Assembly: GCA_031422435.1 (NCBI GenBank)
Contig: JANPLU010000046.1
Location: forward strand, 1 to 30,453
Direction: 5' to 3'
DNA from: Acaryochloridaceae cyanobacterium VAR_48_metabat_390
GTDB taxonomy: Bacteria > Cyanobacteriota > Cyanobacteriia > Thermosynechococcales > Thermosynechococcaceae
DNA: 30,453 nt
In this document: in pieces, positions 18,611 through 27,893 of the stretch
How the letters are laid out: every line of letters starts with the position of its first letter
How positions within the stretch are numbered: position 1 is the stretch's first letter
Translations under genes and position numbers: made by a program
The notes under the pieces: model-generated
Told to the model about the DNA's origin: nothing
Database searches by the model: none
Seen by the model: only the letters and a program-made list of their open reading frames with translations

Positions 18611-19074
18611 ATTTTGACTTCGCGTTTGAAACGGTAAACATTGCTTATGTCAGACGTAGCCATCCCAAATGATTTGTGAGAAGCCGCTACAAGGAAAAGT
18701 TTAGGGACGTCAAATTAGGGCTCTTACTCTTTCTAAAGCCTCATAAATTACTTGTGATGGCCATATCTTAAATTGTGTTGGGTGGGCTTAAGCAAAGATA
18801 CTCAGGGCTTACCTTACTTTACTCTTAATTCTAGAGGATGAGTTTACCTTTCTCGGTTGCTTATACAGTCGAGTTGTCCGTTGTACTATCACTCCATCAC
18901 CATTAAATAAACAGCTCTCTAATTCCTAAAGCAAGGGCTTGATGATGAATTGGGGCAATTTTTAGTTCTAAGGGCTGAGCATCTGCCGCCTCCACTTGAG
19001 CTGTCCGCCATGATCAGAAACCGATGGATTGGACTGACCGCCTATCCTGCTGTCGTGTATTCTCAGCTTTCCTG

Positions 19075-19695
19075 TCAACGTGACTGCTGCTGTACAAAAT
19101 TTTGAATTAGCCTTATCGCTTCAGGCTGAATTTCATGTCCCATGTCCAGCTCGTGATAGTCTACCTTGGCACCGGCCTGCACTAAGGCTTCGTGGGATTT
19201 CCGCGCGATCGCAATCTGAACGACGGTATCCTGTCGTCCATGAATCATCAGAATAGGCGGGAACATTTTGGGTAGAGGACGCACCTCCAAAGGATGCAAA
19301 TAACCGCTCAAAACCACCAGCCCCGCGACGGGTAAGTGAGTGCCGATATCTAGGGTCATAGCTCCACCCTGAGAAAATCCAGCCAGGATAGTTTTGCGAA
19401 GAGTAATGCCATCGCCTTCTTCCAAAGACAGCATCCAATCCGTCAGCATTTGACGACTTTCTGGCAAACCTTTACGCGTTGAAAAGTCAGAGAGGTCATA
19501 CCACATCCGTCCCTGGGGCACTTGAGGATGGGGCATTGGCCCATTGGGAAATAGAAACTGATACGCTGTCAGGTCTAGGTAAGGCGCAAGAGATGCTAAA
19601 TCTTGGGCATTAGAACCCCAGCCGTGAAGGGCAACAAGGCGACCTGCTGGTGAGGTCAGGGGTGGGGTAGGGTAGGCGATCGCGCTCAAAGACAA
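19075..19695 (-). CDS. Phospholipase/carboxylesterase (alpha/beta hydrolase)
   Basis: LHGWGSN, GFSQGG nucleophile elbow, HGRQD and MGHEI triad motifs. TTG start with AGGAG RBS. Confidence 0.92.
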   Translation of the reverse strand: MSLSAIAYPTPPLTSPAGRLVALHGWGSNAQDLASLAPYLDLTAYQFLFPNGPMPHPQVPQGRMWYDLSDFSTRKGLPESRQMLTDWMLSLEEGDGITLRKTILAGFSQGGAMTLDIGTHLPVAGLVVLSGYLHPLEVRPLPKMFPPILMIHGRQDTVVQIAIARKSHEALVQAGAKVDYHELDMGHEIQPEAIRLIQNFVQQQSR

Positions 19696-19811
19696 AGCAG
19701 CACTCCTGATGCATGAATACCTATACTGTAGGTCAAGTTCTATCAGTCAAGATCGCGCGTCCACCTTTATGCTGGTAAAGGCGTTGCACTCATTACAGGT
19801 TCGGTTTCCCC

Positions 19812-21386
19812 ATGACTCGTCTGGCACTTTTAAGCGTTTCTGATAAAACTGGGCTAGTCGAGTTCGCCCAGCGCCTCGTAAACGAGTTTGACTTTGAAAT
19901 CATCAGCAGCGGCGGCACAGCAGCCACTCTCAAAGCAGCAGGAGTTCCCGTTGCCAAAGTTTCAGACTACACGGGCGCACCCGAAATTTTGGGGGGACGG
20001 GTCAAAACGCTTCACCCTAAAATTCATGGCGGCATTTTGGCACGTCGGGATGTAGAAAGCGACCTAACGGATTTAGCCGCCTACAACATTCGCCCCATTG
20101 ACCTTGTGGTGGTTAATCTCTACCCCTTTGAGCAAACCATTGCCGACCAGCAGCAGCGCGGCGAGACGGATTTAGCAGCGGCGATCGAGCAGATTGATAT
20201 TGGCGGCCCTGCCATGTTAAGGGCTTCAGCTAAAAACTTTGCTCACCTGACGGTGCTGTGTGCGCCCGACCAATACGAGACTTACCTCACCGAACTTCAG
20301 CACAACAGCGGCGAATCGACCCTAACTTTTCGTCAAAGCTGTGCGCTGAAGGTGTTTTCGCTGACGGCTTCTTACGACCAGGCGATCGCCCATTACTTTC
20401 ATCAGGCTTCCAGCAACGCCACGCAGCCGAATAGCCTTCCCAAAACTCTGATTCTTTCTGGTCAAGAAAAGCAGACGCTCCGCTATGGCGAAAACCCTCA
20501 CCAAAGTGCAATTTGGTACCAAATTGGCACAGTTCCAACGGGCTGGGCGGCGGCAACCCAACTCCAGGGCAAAGAGCTGAGCTACAACAACCTAGTCGAT
20601 CTAGAAGCCGCACGGCAAATTATTGCGGAGTTTGCTAGCGCAGCCGATGAACCCGCCGCCGCGATTTTGAAGCACAACAACCCCTGTGGTGTGGCTCAAG
20701 CTGCTACCTTAGTTTCGGCCTACCAAAAAGCATTTGAAGCCGATTCTACTTCAGCCTTTGGCGGCATTGTGGCGCTGAATCGCCCCATAGATGCCGCAAC
20801 GGCTCAGGCATTAACCCAAACCTTTTTAGAGTGTGTTGTAGCCCCAAGCTGTGATGCCGAAGCCGAAGCAATCTTAAAAGCAAAGGGTAAAGTGCGGGTG
20901 ATGATTTTGCCAGATTTACTGAGCGGCTCTGCTGTAACCCTCAAAACCATTGCGGGTGGATTCTTAGCCCAAGCAGCAGATGAGGTGTTAACGCCCCCCG
21001 CTGACTGGCAAATCGTGACCCAAGCGCAGCCCACACCCGCCCAGCTTGCCGAAATGTTTTTTGCTTGGAAGGTGGTAAAGCACGTCAAATCTAATGCAAT
21101 CGTAGTGACGGCGGACCGTGCAACGTTAGGGGTAGGCGCAGGTCAAATGAACCGCGTTGGCTCGGTCAAAATTGCCCTGGAGCAGGCGGCTGAAAAAGCT
21201 CAGGGTGCAGCGCTTGCCAGCGATGGATTTTTCCCCTTTGATGACTCAGTGCGGACAGCGGCGGCGGCAGGCATTCAATTACTGGTTCAACCAGGAGGTA
21301 GTGTGCGCGATGCTGATTCGATTAAGGCCGCAGATGAGCTAGGGCTAGTCATGGCAATGACCCAAACCCGTCATTTTTTACATTAA
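19812..21386 (+). CDS. purH: Bifunctional AICAR formyltransferase/IMP cyclohydrolase
   Basis: ALLSVSDKTG, GRVKTLHP, IDIGGPAMLRASAKN, LRYGENPHQ, KHNNPCG, KHVKSNAI, ASDGFFPFDD, RHFLH. Confidence 0.98.
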   Translation: MTRLALLSVSDKTGLVEFAQRLVNEFDFEIISSGGTAATLKAAGVPVAKVSDYTGAPEILGGRVKTLHPKIHGGILARRDVESDLTDLAAYNIRPIDLVVVNLYPFEQTIADQQQRGETDLAAAIEQIDIGGPAMLRASAKNFAHLTVLCAPDQYETYLTELQHNSGESTLTFRQSCALKVFSLTASYDQAIAHYFHQASSNATQPNSLPKTLILSGQEKQTLRYGENPHQSAIWYQIGTVPTGWAAATQLQGKELSYNNLVDLEAARQIIAEFASAADEPAAAILKHNNPCGVAQAATLVSAYQKAFEADSTSAFGGIVALNRPIDAATAQALTQTFLECVVAPSCDAEAEAILKAKGKVRVMILPDLLSGSAVTLKTIAGGFLAQAADEVLTPPADWQIVTQAQPTPAQLAEMFFAWKVVKHVKSNAIVVTADRATLGVGAGQMNRVGSVKIALEQAAEKAQGAALASDGFFPFDDSVRTAAAAGIQLLVQPGGSVRDADSIKAADELGLVMAMTQTRHFLH

Positions 21387-21428
21387 GGGGACTTGGTACG
21401 GATAGAGTTGGTCTAATACCCCATTGGA

Positions 21429-21461
21429 GGTGCTTAGACCGACTTATTTTGTCTAAGCACC
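21429..21461 (+). terminator. Stem-loop after purH
   Basis: Perfect 11-bp stem GGTGCTTAGAC / GTCTAAGCACC followed by an AT-rich tract. Confidence 0.6.
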
Positions 21462-21763
21462 GTAATTATTCTGCAATCCTGATTCTAGGGATAGGAGTAC
21501 AGAATATTATGCTGACCCGTTCTGTCTCAATGCTCTAAAAAGAAGGTTATGGAGAAATATTCGGGATAAAGTCAGAAAGAATGCTGAAGAGGTTGGTTTG
21601 ACGTAATCATTCTGGATTTATGGGATCAACCTAAGGCGGGACAGCTTATCCTGTAAGGATTTTAGCTTGGCTCTATATCTGTCTCAGGGAGGTCTGAGGC
21701 TATAATTGCCTCAAATCGTTGCTACAAATTGCTAAAGTTCAAGAGCTGTAATGATTCCAGCTT

Positions 21764-22208
21764 TTGATGATTGTCCATCTCCCTGCAACCTCTTATGGAG
21801 CCATCATCTTTACGGCGACTGCCCCACATTCTGCCGTTAATTTTGGGCAGTATGAGTATGGCGGATGGGTTCCCAAATATGCCCTTTGCACTCTATCAGC
21901 CGCTGACGGATGTCTCAAACCAGCAGGAACCGACTCTAGACCTATCGGCACGATTGCCGAATCGGGTGTAGACCCTTAAGCAAATGAGTTTGGTCAAGGC
22001 GCTCAGTATGCCTGTCCCCGACAGCAGCCTATCTTTCCTGACTATGAAAAATCCATTCAACGATGCCGCCGCTTAAAGGGTATTTGAGGAATTTCAGCGC
22101 GATCGCCTCCAAACGATTGAGCAGAGAATTACAGAACGCAAGGTTGCACGACAGCAGCCTTAGATTCGTTTAGTGCCTTCTAAGATTGCCCAAAGTATTG
22201 CGATCTAG
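21764..22208 (+). pseudogene. Lipoxygenase C-terminal remnant
   Basis: AIIFTATAPHSAVNFGQYEYGGWVP, frameshift near 21873, then NMPFALYQP...LPNRV*TLKQM...AA*RVFEEFQRDRLQTIEQRITERKVARQQP*IRLVPSKIAQSIAI*. Matches the LOX HAAVNFGQ iron-ligand motif and the terminal Ile. Confidence 0.85.
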
Positions 22209-22253
22209 CTACAGTAGACGGAAACTTGCGCATATTAGCTGGAGCGGTTTATT

Positions 22254-22751
22254 TTGAACGAACCTACACCCCTACGTCGAAGTATCTTTGTAGGCGTTTG
22301 GCTGGTTTGGATGGGGATCATGTTTTACTTTTCCACGCAGACGTGGGGGAGTGCCGCAACCCAATCTTGGCTAGATCAGCTTCTTACGCTTTATTTTCCA
22401 CCGATTCGGGAGGGGATAACGGCCTCTGACTTAGGGCAACTCAACTTTATCGTTCGTAAATTGGCTCACTTTACCGAGTACGCAGTGTTGACCACCCTCG
22501 GCTATTGGGGATGGGTGAATGGCATAGGGCGATCGCCCCAGCAGTCGCTCCAGCTTGCCTTAATCATCTCCATCCTGTTTGCTATATCTGATGAGTTCCA
22601 TCAGCGATTTGTGCCAGGCCGGACTTCGCTCATCACCGATGTTTTAATTGACTGTTTGGGGGCATCACTGGCAGCATTAGCCCTGCGGCAGTGGGTGGTA
22701 GCGGCGGTGCGTACGCCCACCCCAGGTGCTTCATCTTGCGTAAAATCATAA
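22254..22751 (+). CDS. VanZ family membrane protein
   Basis: RKLAHFTEYAVL, AISDEFHQRFVPGRT...DVLID. Confidence 0.9.
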   Translation: MNEPTPLRRSIFVGVWLVWMGIMFYFSTQTWGSAATQSWLDQLLTLYFPPIREGITASDLGQLNFIVRKLAHFTEYAVLTTLGYWGWVNGIGRSPQQSLQLALIISILFAISDEFHQRFVPGRTSLITDVLIDCLGASLAALALRQWVVAAVRTPTPGASSCVKS

Positions 22752-22767
22752 CGCCCTAGGAGGAAGA

Positions 22768-23130
22768 TTGAGCATTACCCATTTTTTACATGCAACGTTA
22801 CTTGTGACCCATCTGGAGGCCGCACAGCATTTTTATGAGACCGTTCTGGGACTTAAGCCTGTAGAGCGAAACCTCTCCTTTGCAGGGGCGTGGTATCAGA
22901 TTGGAGTTGTGCAACTTCACCTCATTGTGGTGGAGGCTGTGGTTGGCGATCGCGTCAACAGCCAAAGATTAGGACGCAACCGCCACATTGCCTTAGCGGT
23001 AGATGACCTAGACGCGATCCAGCAGCGTTTGGAGGCATTTAACCACGCGTTTCAGCCCAGTGCGTCTGGAAGACCTGCCCTATTTATTGCCGATCCTGAC
23101 GGTAATATCATAGAACTGTTAAAGGGCTAA
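22768..23130 (+). CDS. VOC/glyoxalase family protein
   Basis: LHATLLV..LEAA..FYETVLGL, GAWYQIG..QLHL, RHIAL, DPDGNIIEL. TTG start with AGGAGG RBS. Confidence 0.9.
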   Translation: MSITHFLHATLLVTHLEAAQHFYETVLGLKPVERNLSFAGAWYQIGVVQLHLIVVEAVVGDRVNSQRLGRNRHIALAVDDLDAIQQRLEAFNHAFQPSASGRPALFIADPDGNIIELLKG

Positions 23131-23169
23131 AAATACTTTAACTTTAGAGATTCAACATATTCAAACTTC

Positions 23170-23907
23170 ATGGATAATCAGAATTCAATTCTTAACTTTT
23201 TTGATAAAGCCTATATTATTAATCTTCCAGAGAGACAAGATCGTCTTAGAGAAATAAATCGTGAGCTGAGCAGAATAGCGAAATCTCCCTCATCTGAGAA
23301 AGTAAAGGTGTTTAGCGCAGTTAAGCCATCAGAGCAAGGTGAGTTTCCCAGTATTGGTGCGCGAGGGTGCTTTTTGAGTCATTTATCAATTTTGAGAGAA
23401 GCTCGCGATCAGAACCTTAAAAAGGTGCTGATTATGGAGGACGATTTATCGTTCTCTAAGGGTTTGATTGTTAATCAGAGCCTGATTACCCAAGAATTAG
23501 AGAAGCTAGACTGGGACTTCATCTATTTTGGACATACTCAATCCATTGCTTCTAACCATACAAATTTCTTTCAAGAGTTTTCTGAATCCGTTGCCTTCAC
23601 TCATTTTCTCGCAATTAATGGAAAAATTCTGAAACCGCTCATTCACTTTCTAGAGCAGATTTTAGAGCGTCCAGGGGGACACCCAGACGGAGGCCCCATG
23701 CATGTTGATGGAGCCTACTCAACCTTTCGAGCGCAAAATCCCACGGTTATTACGCTGCTTGCCAGTCCTAGCCTAGGATTTCAACGGTCATCTCCTAGTA
23801 ATATTGCGGGCTATAAGTGGTTTGATCGGCTACCGCTCCTCTCTCAGGTTCTCAGCACCGCGCGTCTTGTCAAAAACTACTGCCGACGTCACCTGGGCAG
23901 CAATTAA
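23170..23907 (+). CDS. Glycosyltransferase family 25 protein
   Basis: YIINLPERQDR, GARGCFLSHLSIL, LIMEDD, WDFIYFG. Confidence 0.88.
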   Translation: MDNQNSILNFFDKAYIINLPERQDRLREINRELSRIAKSPSSEKVKVFSAVKPSEQGEFPSIGARGCFLSHLSILREARDQNLKKVLIMEDDLSFSKGLIVNQSLITQELEKLDWDFIYFGHTQSIASNHTNFFQEFSESVAFTHFLAINGKILKPLIHFLEQILERPGGHPDGGPMHVDGAYSTFRAQNPTVITLLASPSLGFQRSSPSNIAGYKWFDRLPLLSQVLSTARLVKNYCRRHLGSN

Positions 23908-24062
23908 ATGCCCAGAAAATCTTAGTGCGCCATTGAGCATACCCCTTGAAAAAGGCGAAATCAGCTCCCTACTTTGGTACTACAGCACTCGAAATAGCAA
24001 TGCTCTCTATTCTCTGTAACGTATTGCCATTCTTCTTGCAGCTCAAGCACCCCGCGCACTTC

Positions 24063-24068
24063 TATAAT
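24063..24068 (+). promoter_or_regulatory. Candidate -10 box (TATAAT) for ileS
   Basis: Perfect TATAAT about 35 nt upstream of the GTG start. No well-spaced -35 element. Confidence 0.4.
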
Positions 24069-24103
24069 AATCAAATGCCTAACCACGCTTTGAAGTGAAG
24101 TCT

Positions 24104-27076
24104 GTGACAGAATCTGGAAGCTACAAAAAAACCATATGGTTGCCCCAAACCCAGTTTGATATGCGGGCAAATGCCGTCAAGCGAGAGCCGGAGCTGCAGT
24201 CGTTCTGGACGCAATCGCAGGTCTATGAGCAGCTCTCGCAAACCAACCCTGGTGAGCTGTTTATTTTGCACGATGGCCCACCCTACGCGAATGGGGATCT
24301 CCACATTGGTCACGCGCTCAACAAAATTCTCAAAGACACCATTAATAAGTTTCAGCTCTTACAGGGGCGAAAGGTGCGCTACGTCCCAGGTTGGGACTGT
24401 CATGGGTTGCCGATTGAGCTGAAGGTACTGCAAAATCTCAATGCTGAGCAACGGGCTAACCTCACCCCCATCAAGCTCCGCTGGAAGGCGCGGGACTTTG
24501 CCCTCAAGACAGTGGACAGCCAGCGCAAAAGCTTTAAGCGCTACGGCGTTTGGGGCGAGTGGGAGAACCCCTATCTCACCCTAAAGCCAGAGTACGAAGC
24601 CGCTCAGATTGGGGTCTTTGGGCAAATGGTGCTAAAAGGCCATATCTATCGCGGTCTTAAGCCCGTCCACTGGAGTCCTAGTTCTCAAACGGCTTTAGCC
24701 GAGGCGGAGCTAGAGTATCCCGAAGGTCATACCTCGCCTTCACTTTATGCGGCGTTTGAGGTTACGTCTTTACCGCAGGCGCTGCAAGAGCCTCTAGATT
24801 CCTACTTGGGTGAGTTGGGGGTTACCATTTGGACGACGACGCCCTGGACGCTGCCAGGAAACTTGGCGATCGCCGTTAACCCCGACCTCACCTACGCCGT
24901 CGTCCATGCTGTCGATGATGGCGCACCAGGACGGTTTAAGTATTTACTGGTTGCCAAAGATCTGGTCGAAACCCTTGAGGCCAAGTTTGAGACGGCGCTT
25001 GTGGTTCAGGCGACCATCATGGGCAAAGCGTTAGAACACATGACCTATCGCCATCCTCTGTTTGACCGACAGAGCGAAGTGGTGATTGGGGGTGACTACA
25101 TCACAACAGAATCTGGGACAGGGCTGGTACATACCGCTCCAGGTCATGGGCAAGAAGATTACCAGGTTGGCTTACGCTACGGGTTGCCCATTGTGTCTCC
25201 GGTGGACGATCGCGGGTTCTTTACCGAAGAAGCGGGTCAATTTGCCGGACTGAAGGTGGTGGATAAGGCCAAAAACGACAATGACAAGTTGAAGCTTGAG
25301 GTGAGTGAGGGCAATCAGTCCATCATTGATGCGCTCAACGAAGTGGGTTCGCTGCTGCATCAAGAAGCCTATAGCCACAAGTATCCCTACGATTGGCGCA
25401 CGAAACAGCCCACCATTTTTAGGGCTACGGAGCAGTGGTTTGCTTCGGTGGAAGGGTTTAGGGAAGAGGCGTTGGAGGCGATCGCTTCGGTAGAGTGGAT
25501 TCCGGCTCAAGGCCAAAACCGAATTACCTCAATGGTTTCAGAGCGCTCAGACTGGTGTATTTCGCGGCAGAGATGCTGGGGTGTCCCCATCCCCGTGTTT
25601 TATGACGAGGAAACCAACGAACCGCTTTTGAACGCAGAAACTATCGCCTACGCTAAGGCCATCATTGCCGAAAAAGGCTCCGATGCCTGGTGGGAACTAT
25701 CGGTTGCAGAGCTTTTGCCCCAAGCCTACCGCAACAACGGACGCACCTACCGCAAGAGCACCGACACAATGGACGTGTGGTTTGACTCCGGCTCGTCTTG
25801 GGCAGCGGTGGTAGACCAGAGGGAGAACTTGCGCTATCCAGCAGACATTTATCTAGAAGGCTCCGATCAGCATCGGGGCTGGTTCCAGTCGAGTTTGCTC
25901 ACGAGCGTTGCCGCTCAGGGCATTGCGCCCTATAAGACGGTCTTGACCCACGGCTTTGTGCTAGATGAGCAGGGTCGCAAGATGAGTAAATCCATCGGTA
26001 ACGTGGTGGATCCGGTCATTGTGATTGAGGGTGGCAAAGACCAAAAGCAGGATCCTCCCTATGGCGCGGATGTGCTGCGGCTCTGGGTCTCTTCGGTGGA
26101 CTATTCTTCGGATGTGCCCTTGGGTAAAAATATCCTGAAGCAAACGTCAGATGTGTACCGCAAAATCCGCAACACGGCGCGATTTTTGCTGGGCAGTTTG
26201 TCAGATTTTGACCCTGTAAAGCATGAGGTACCCTACGAGGCACTGCCGGAACTCGATCGCTATATGCTGCACCGCATCACCGAGGTGTTTACCGAGGTGA
26301 CGGATGCCTACCAAAAGTACGAGTTTTTCCGCGTTTTCCAGACGGTTCAAAATTTCTGCGTGGTAGATCTATCCAATTTCTATCTCGATATTGCCAAAGA
26401 TCGGCTCTACATCAGCGCCCCCGATGCGCCCCGTCGCCGCAGTTGCCAGACAGTGCTGTGGATTGCGCTGGAGAATTTGGTGCGGGCGATCGCCCCTGTC
26501 CTTTCCCACATGGCAGAAGATATCTGGCAATTTTTGCCCTACGCCACGCCCTACAAATCTGTATTTGAGGCAGGCTGGTTAAAGTTGAAGGATAGCTGGA
26601 GCCGGCCAGAGTTAGGTTCTAAGTGGCGACAACTGCTCGATTTTCGTCAGAAAGTCAATAGTGAGCTAGAAGCAAAAAGGGTTAGTAAAGAGATCGGAGC
26701 TTCCTTGGAAGCTAAGGTCACGCTTGTTCTTTATGACAAAGAACTCAAAGAAACATTGCTCAGAATGAATCCAGTCAAAAGCGATATTACACATGGGGTT
26801 GATGAACTTCGCTATATTTTCTTGGTTTCTGAGGTTGTTTTAAGAGAGGCAGTTGATGCAGCAGAGCAAACTGTAGAACTTCAGGTTGCGAAAGGAACCC
26901 CGATTATTGATAAAGCTGAGGGACATAAGTGTGATCGCTGTTGGAATTACTCAACCACGGTAGGACTGTCGCAAAAGCATCCGCTGCTGTGTGATCGGTG
27001 TGAGACGGTCATTGAAGGTATGGCTGAGTCCGGTCAGCTTGTGCAGTCTGCAGACGGGAGTTGGCAGCCTGCTTAA
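24104..27076 (+). CDS. ileS: Isoleucine--tRNA ligase (bacterial type 1)
   Basis: HDGPPYANGDLHIGH, GWDCHGLPIE, WTTTPWT, WCISRQR, EGSDQHRGWF, KMSKS, C-terminal CDRCW...CDRC zinc finger. Start is GTG 24104 or 24095. Confidence 0.98.
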   Translation: MTESGSYKKTIWLPQTQFDMRANAVKREPELQSFWTQSQVYEQLSQTNPGELFILHDGPPYANGDLHIGHALNKILKDTINKFQLLQGRKVRYVPGWDCHGLPIELKVLQNLNAEQRANLTPIKLRWKARDFALKTVDSQRKSFKRYGVWGEWENPYLTLKPEYEAAQIGVFGQMVLKGHIYRGLKPVHWSPSSQTALAEAELEYPEGHTSPSLYAAFEVTSLPQALQEPLDSYLGELGVTIWTTTPWTLPGNLAIAVNPDLTYAVVHAVDDGAPGRFKYLLVAKDLVETLEAKFETALVVQATIMGKALEHMTYRHPLFDRQSEVVIGGDYITTESGTGLVHTAPGHGQEDYQVGLRYGLPIVSPVDDRGFFTEEAGQFAGLKVVDKAKNDNDKLKLEVSEGNQSIIDALNEVGSLLHQEAYSHKYPYDWRTKQPTIFRATEQWFASVEGFREEALEAIASVEWIPAQGQNRITSMVSERSDWCISRQRCWGVPIPVFYDEETNEPLLNAETIAYAKAIIAEKGSDAWWELSVAELLPQAYRNNGRTYRKSTDTMDVWFDSGSSWAAVVDQRENLRYPADIYLEGSDQHRGWFQSSLLTSVAAQGIAPYKTVLTHGFVLDEQGRKMSKSIGNVVDPVIVIEGGKDQKQDPPYGADVLRLWVSSVDYSSDVPLGKNILKQTSDVYRKIRNTARFLLGSLSDFDPVKHEVPYEALPELDRYMLHRITEVFTEVTDAYQKYEFFRVFQTVQNFCVVDLSNFYLDIAKDRLYISAPDAPRRRSCQTVLWIALENLVRAIAPVLSHMAEDIWQFLPYATPYKSVFEAGWLKLKDSWSRPELGSKWRQLLDFRQKVNSELEAKRVSKEIGASLEAKVTLVLYDKELKETLLRMNPVKSDITHGVDELRYIFLVSEVVLREAVDAAEQTVELQVAKGTPIIDKAEGHKCDRCWNYSTTVGLSQKHPLLCDRCETVIEGMAESGQLVQSADGSWQPA

Positions 27077-27460
27077 GACGCTACGACAGGCCATGCAAAG
27101 TTCAATAAGTAAGATAGATTTGTCTGCATCCATCAAAACTTTGCCCATCAAAATAAACGCTCTATTTACCGTGTGTCAAGCATTTCAGAACTTAAGCTGA
27201 AGATTGTTAGCTGATCTTTTTGCCGATCTAGATTGGCTTAGATGTTCCCATCAGCGCCACAACATTTTCGCTATCCTTGAAGGGTTGATGCCAGGCACGG
27301 TGTACCACTACAATCTCAGAAATTATCCGTCTGCTACTGAGGAACAATTGTCTTTGCCTCAGCATCTTTACCTATACGGATCTTCCTATCACTTCAAGCC
27401 AACTCATCCTGTGCTGGCCTCTGGCTCCAATCAACACATCCTTCTAGAAGGAAATGCCCC

Positions 27461-27856
27461 ATGAACACTAAAACCAGAATTTTTACGGGTGCGGTCGCGC
27501 TAGCGCTAGCCGCCACCTCAACGCTCTTTACCGCTTTAGACGCTTCGGCAAAGCCACACTATGACCGTGACCGTCATGATAACGGGATTGCTTGGGGGAA
27601 ACGCGATCGTGACAATCGCTACGACAAATCTGACTATTATCGCAACGGCCGAACTGTTTATATTTATCAGCCTTACCAGCCATATCAGCATCAGGTTTAT
27701 CCAAACACTGTTGTGAGATTACCCTATGGCTGTCGTACAGTGGTGTACCGCAATCGCACCTACTATACGCGCGATAACAATAATTACTACACCTACGATG
27801 CAGATAGACGCGGTTTTATCGTCGTCAACTTTCCGGGTGTCAGAATCGGCTTTTAG
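27461..27856 (+). CDS. Small secreted Tyr/Arg-rich protein (DUF6515-like C-terminus)
   Basis: Signal peptide (GAVALALAATSTLFTALDASA), RD-rich stretch, VVRLPYGCRTVVYRNRTYY. The family call is tentative. Confidence 0.65.
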   Translation: MNTKTRIFTGAVALALAATSTLFTALDASAKPHYDRDRHDNGIAWGKRDRDNRYDKSDYYRNGRTVYIYQPYQPYQHQVYPNTVVRLPYGCRTVVYRNRTYYTRDNNNYYTYDADRRGFIVVNFPGVRIGF

Positions 27857-27893
27857 CACGCCTAATTAATGCATCCCCCATAAGTACAACCTA

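Noticed and set aside
18620..19070. Possible gene remnant in the convergent gap after the response regulator
   Set aside because: Only short open stretches without credible starts or recognisable similarity.
27204..27464. 86-aa TTG-start ORF before the secreted protein
   Set aside because: No motif or RBS; probably the promoter and leader of the 27461 gene.
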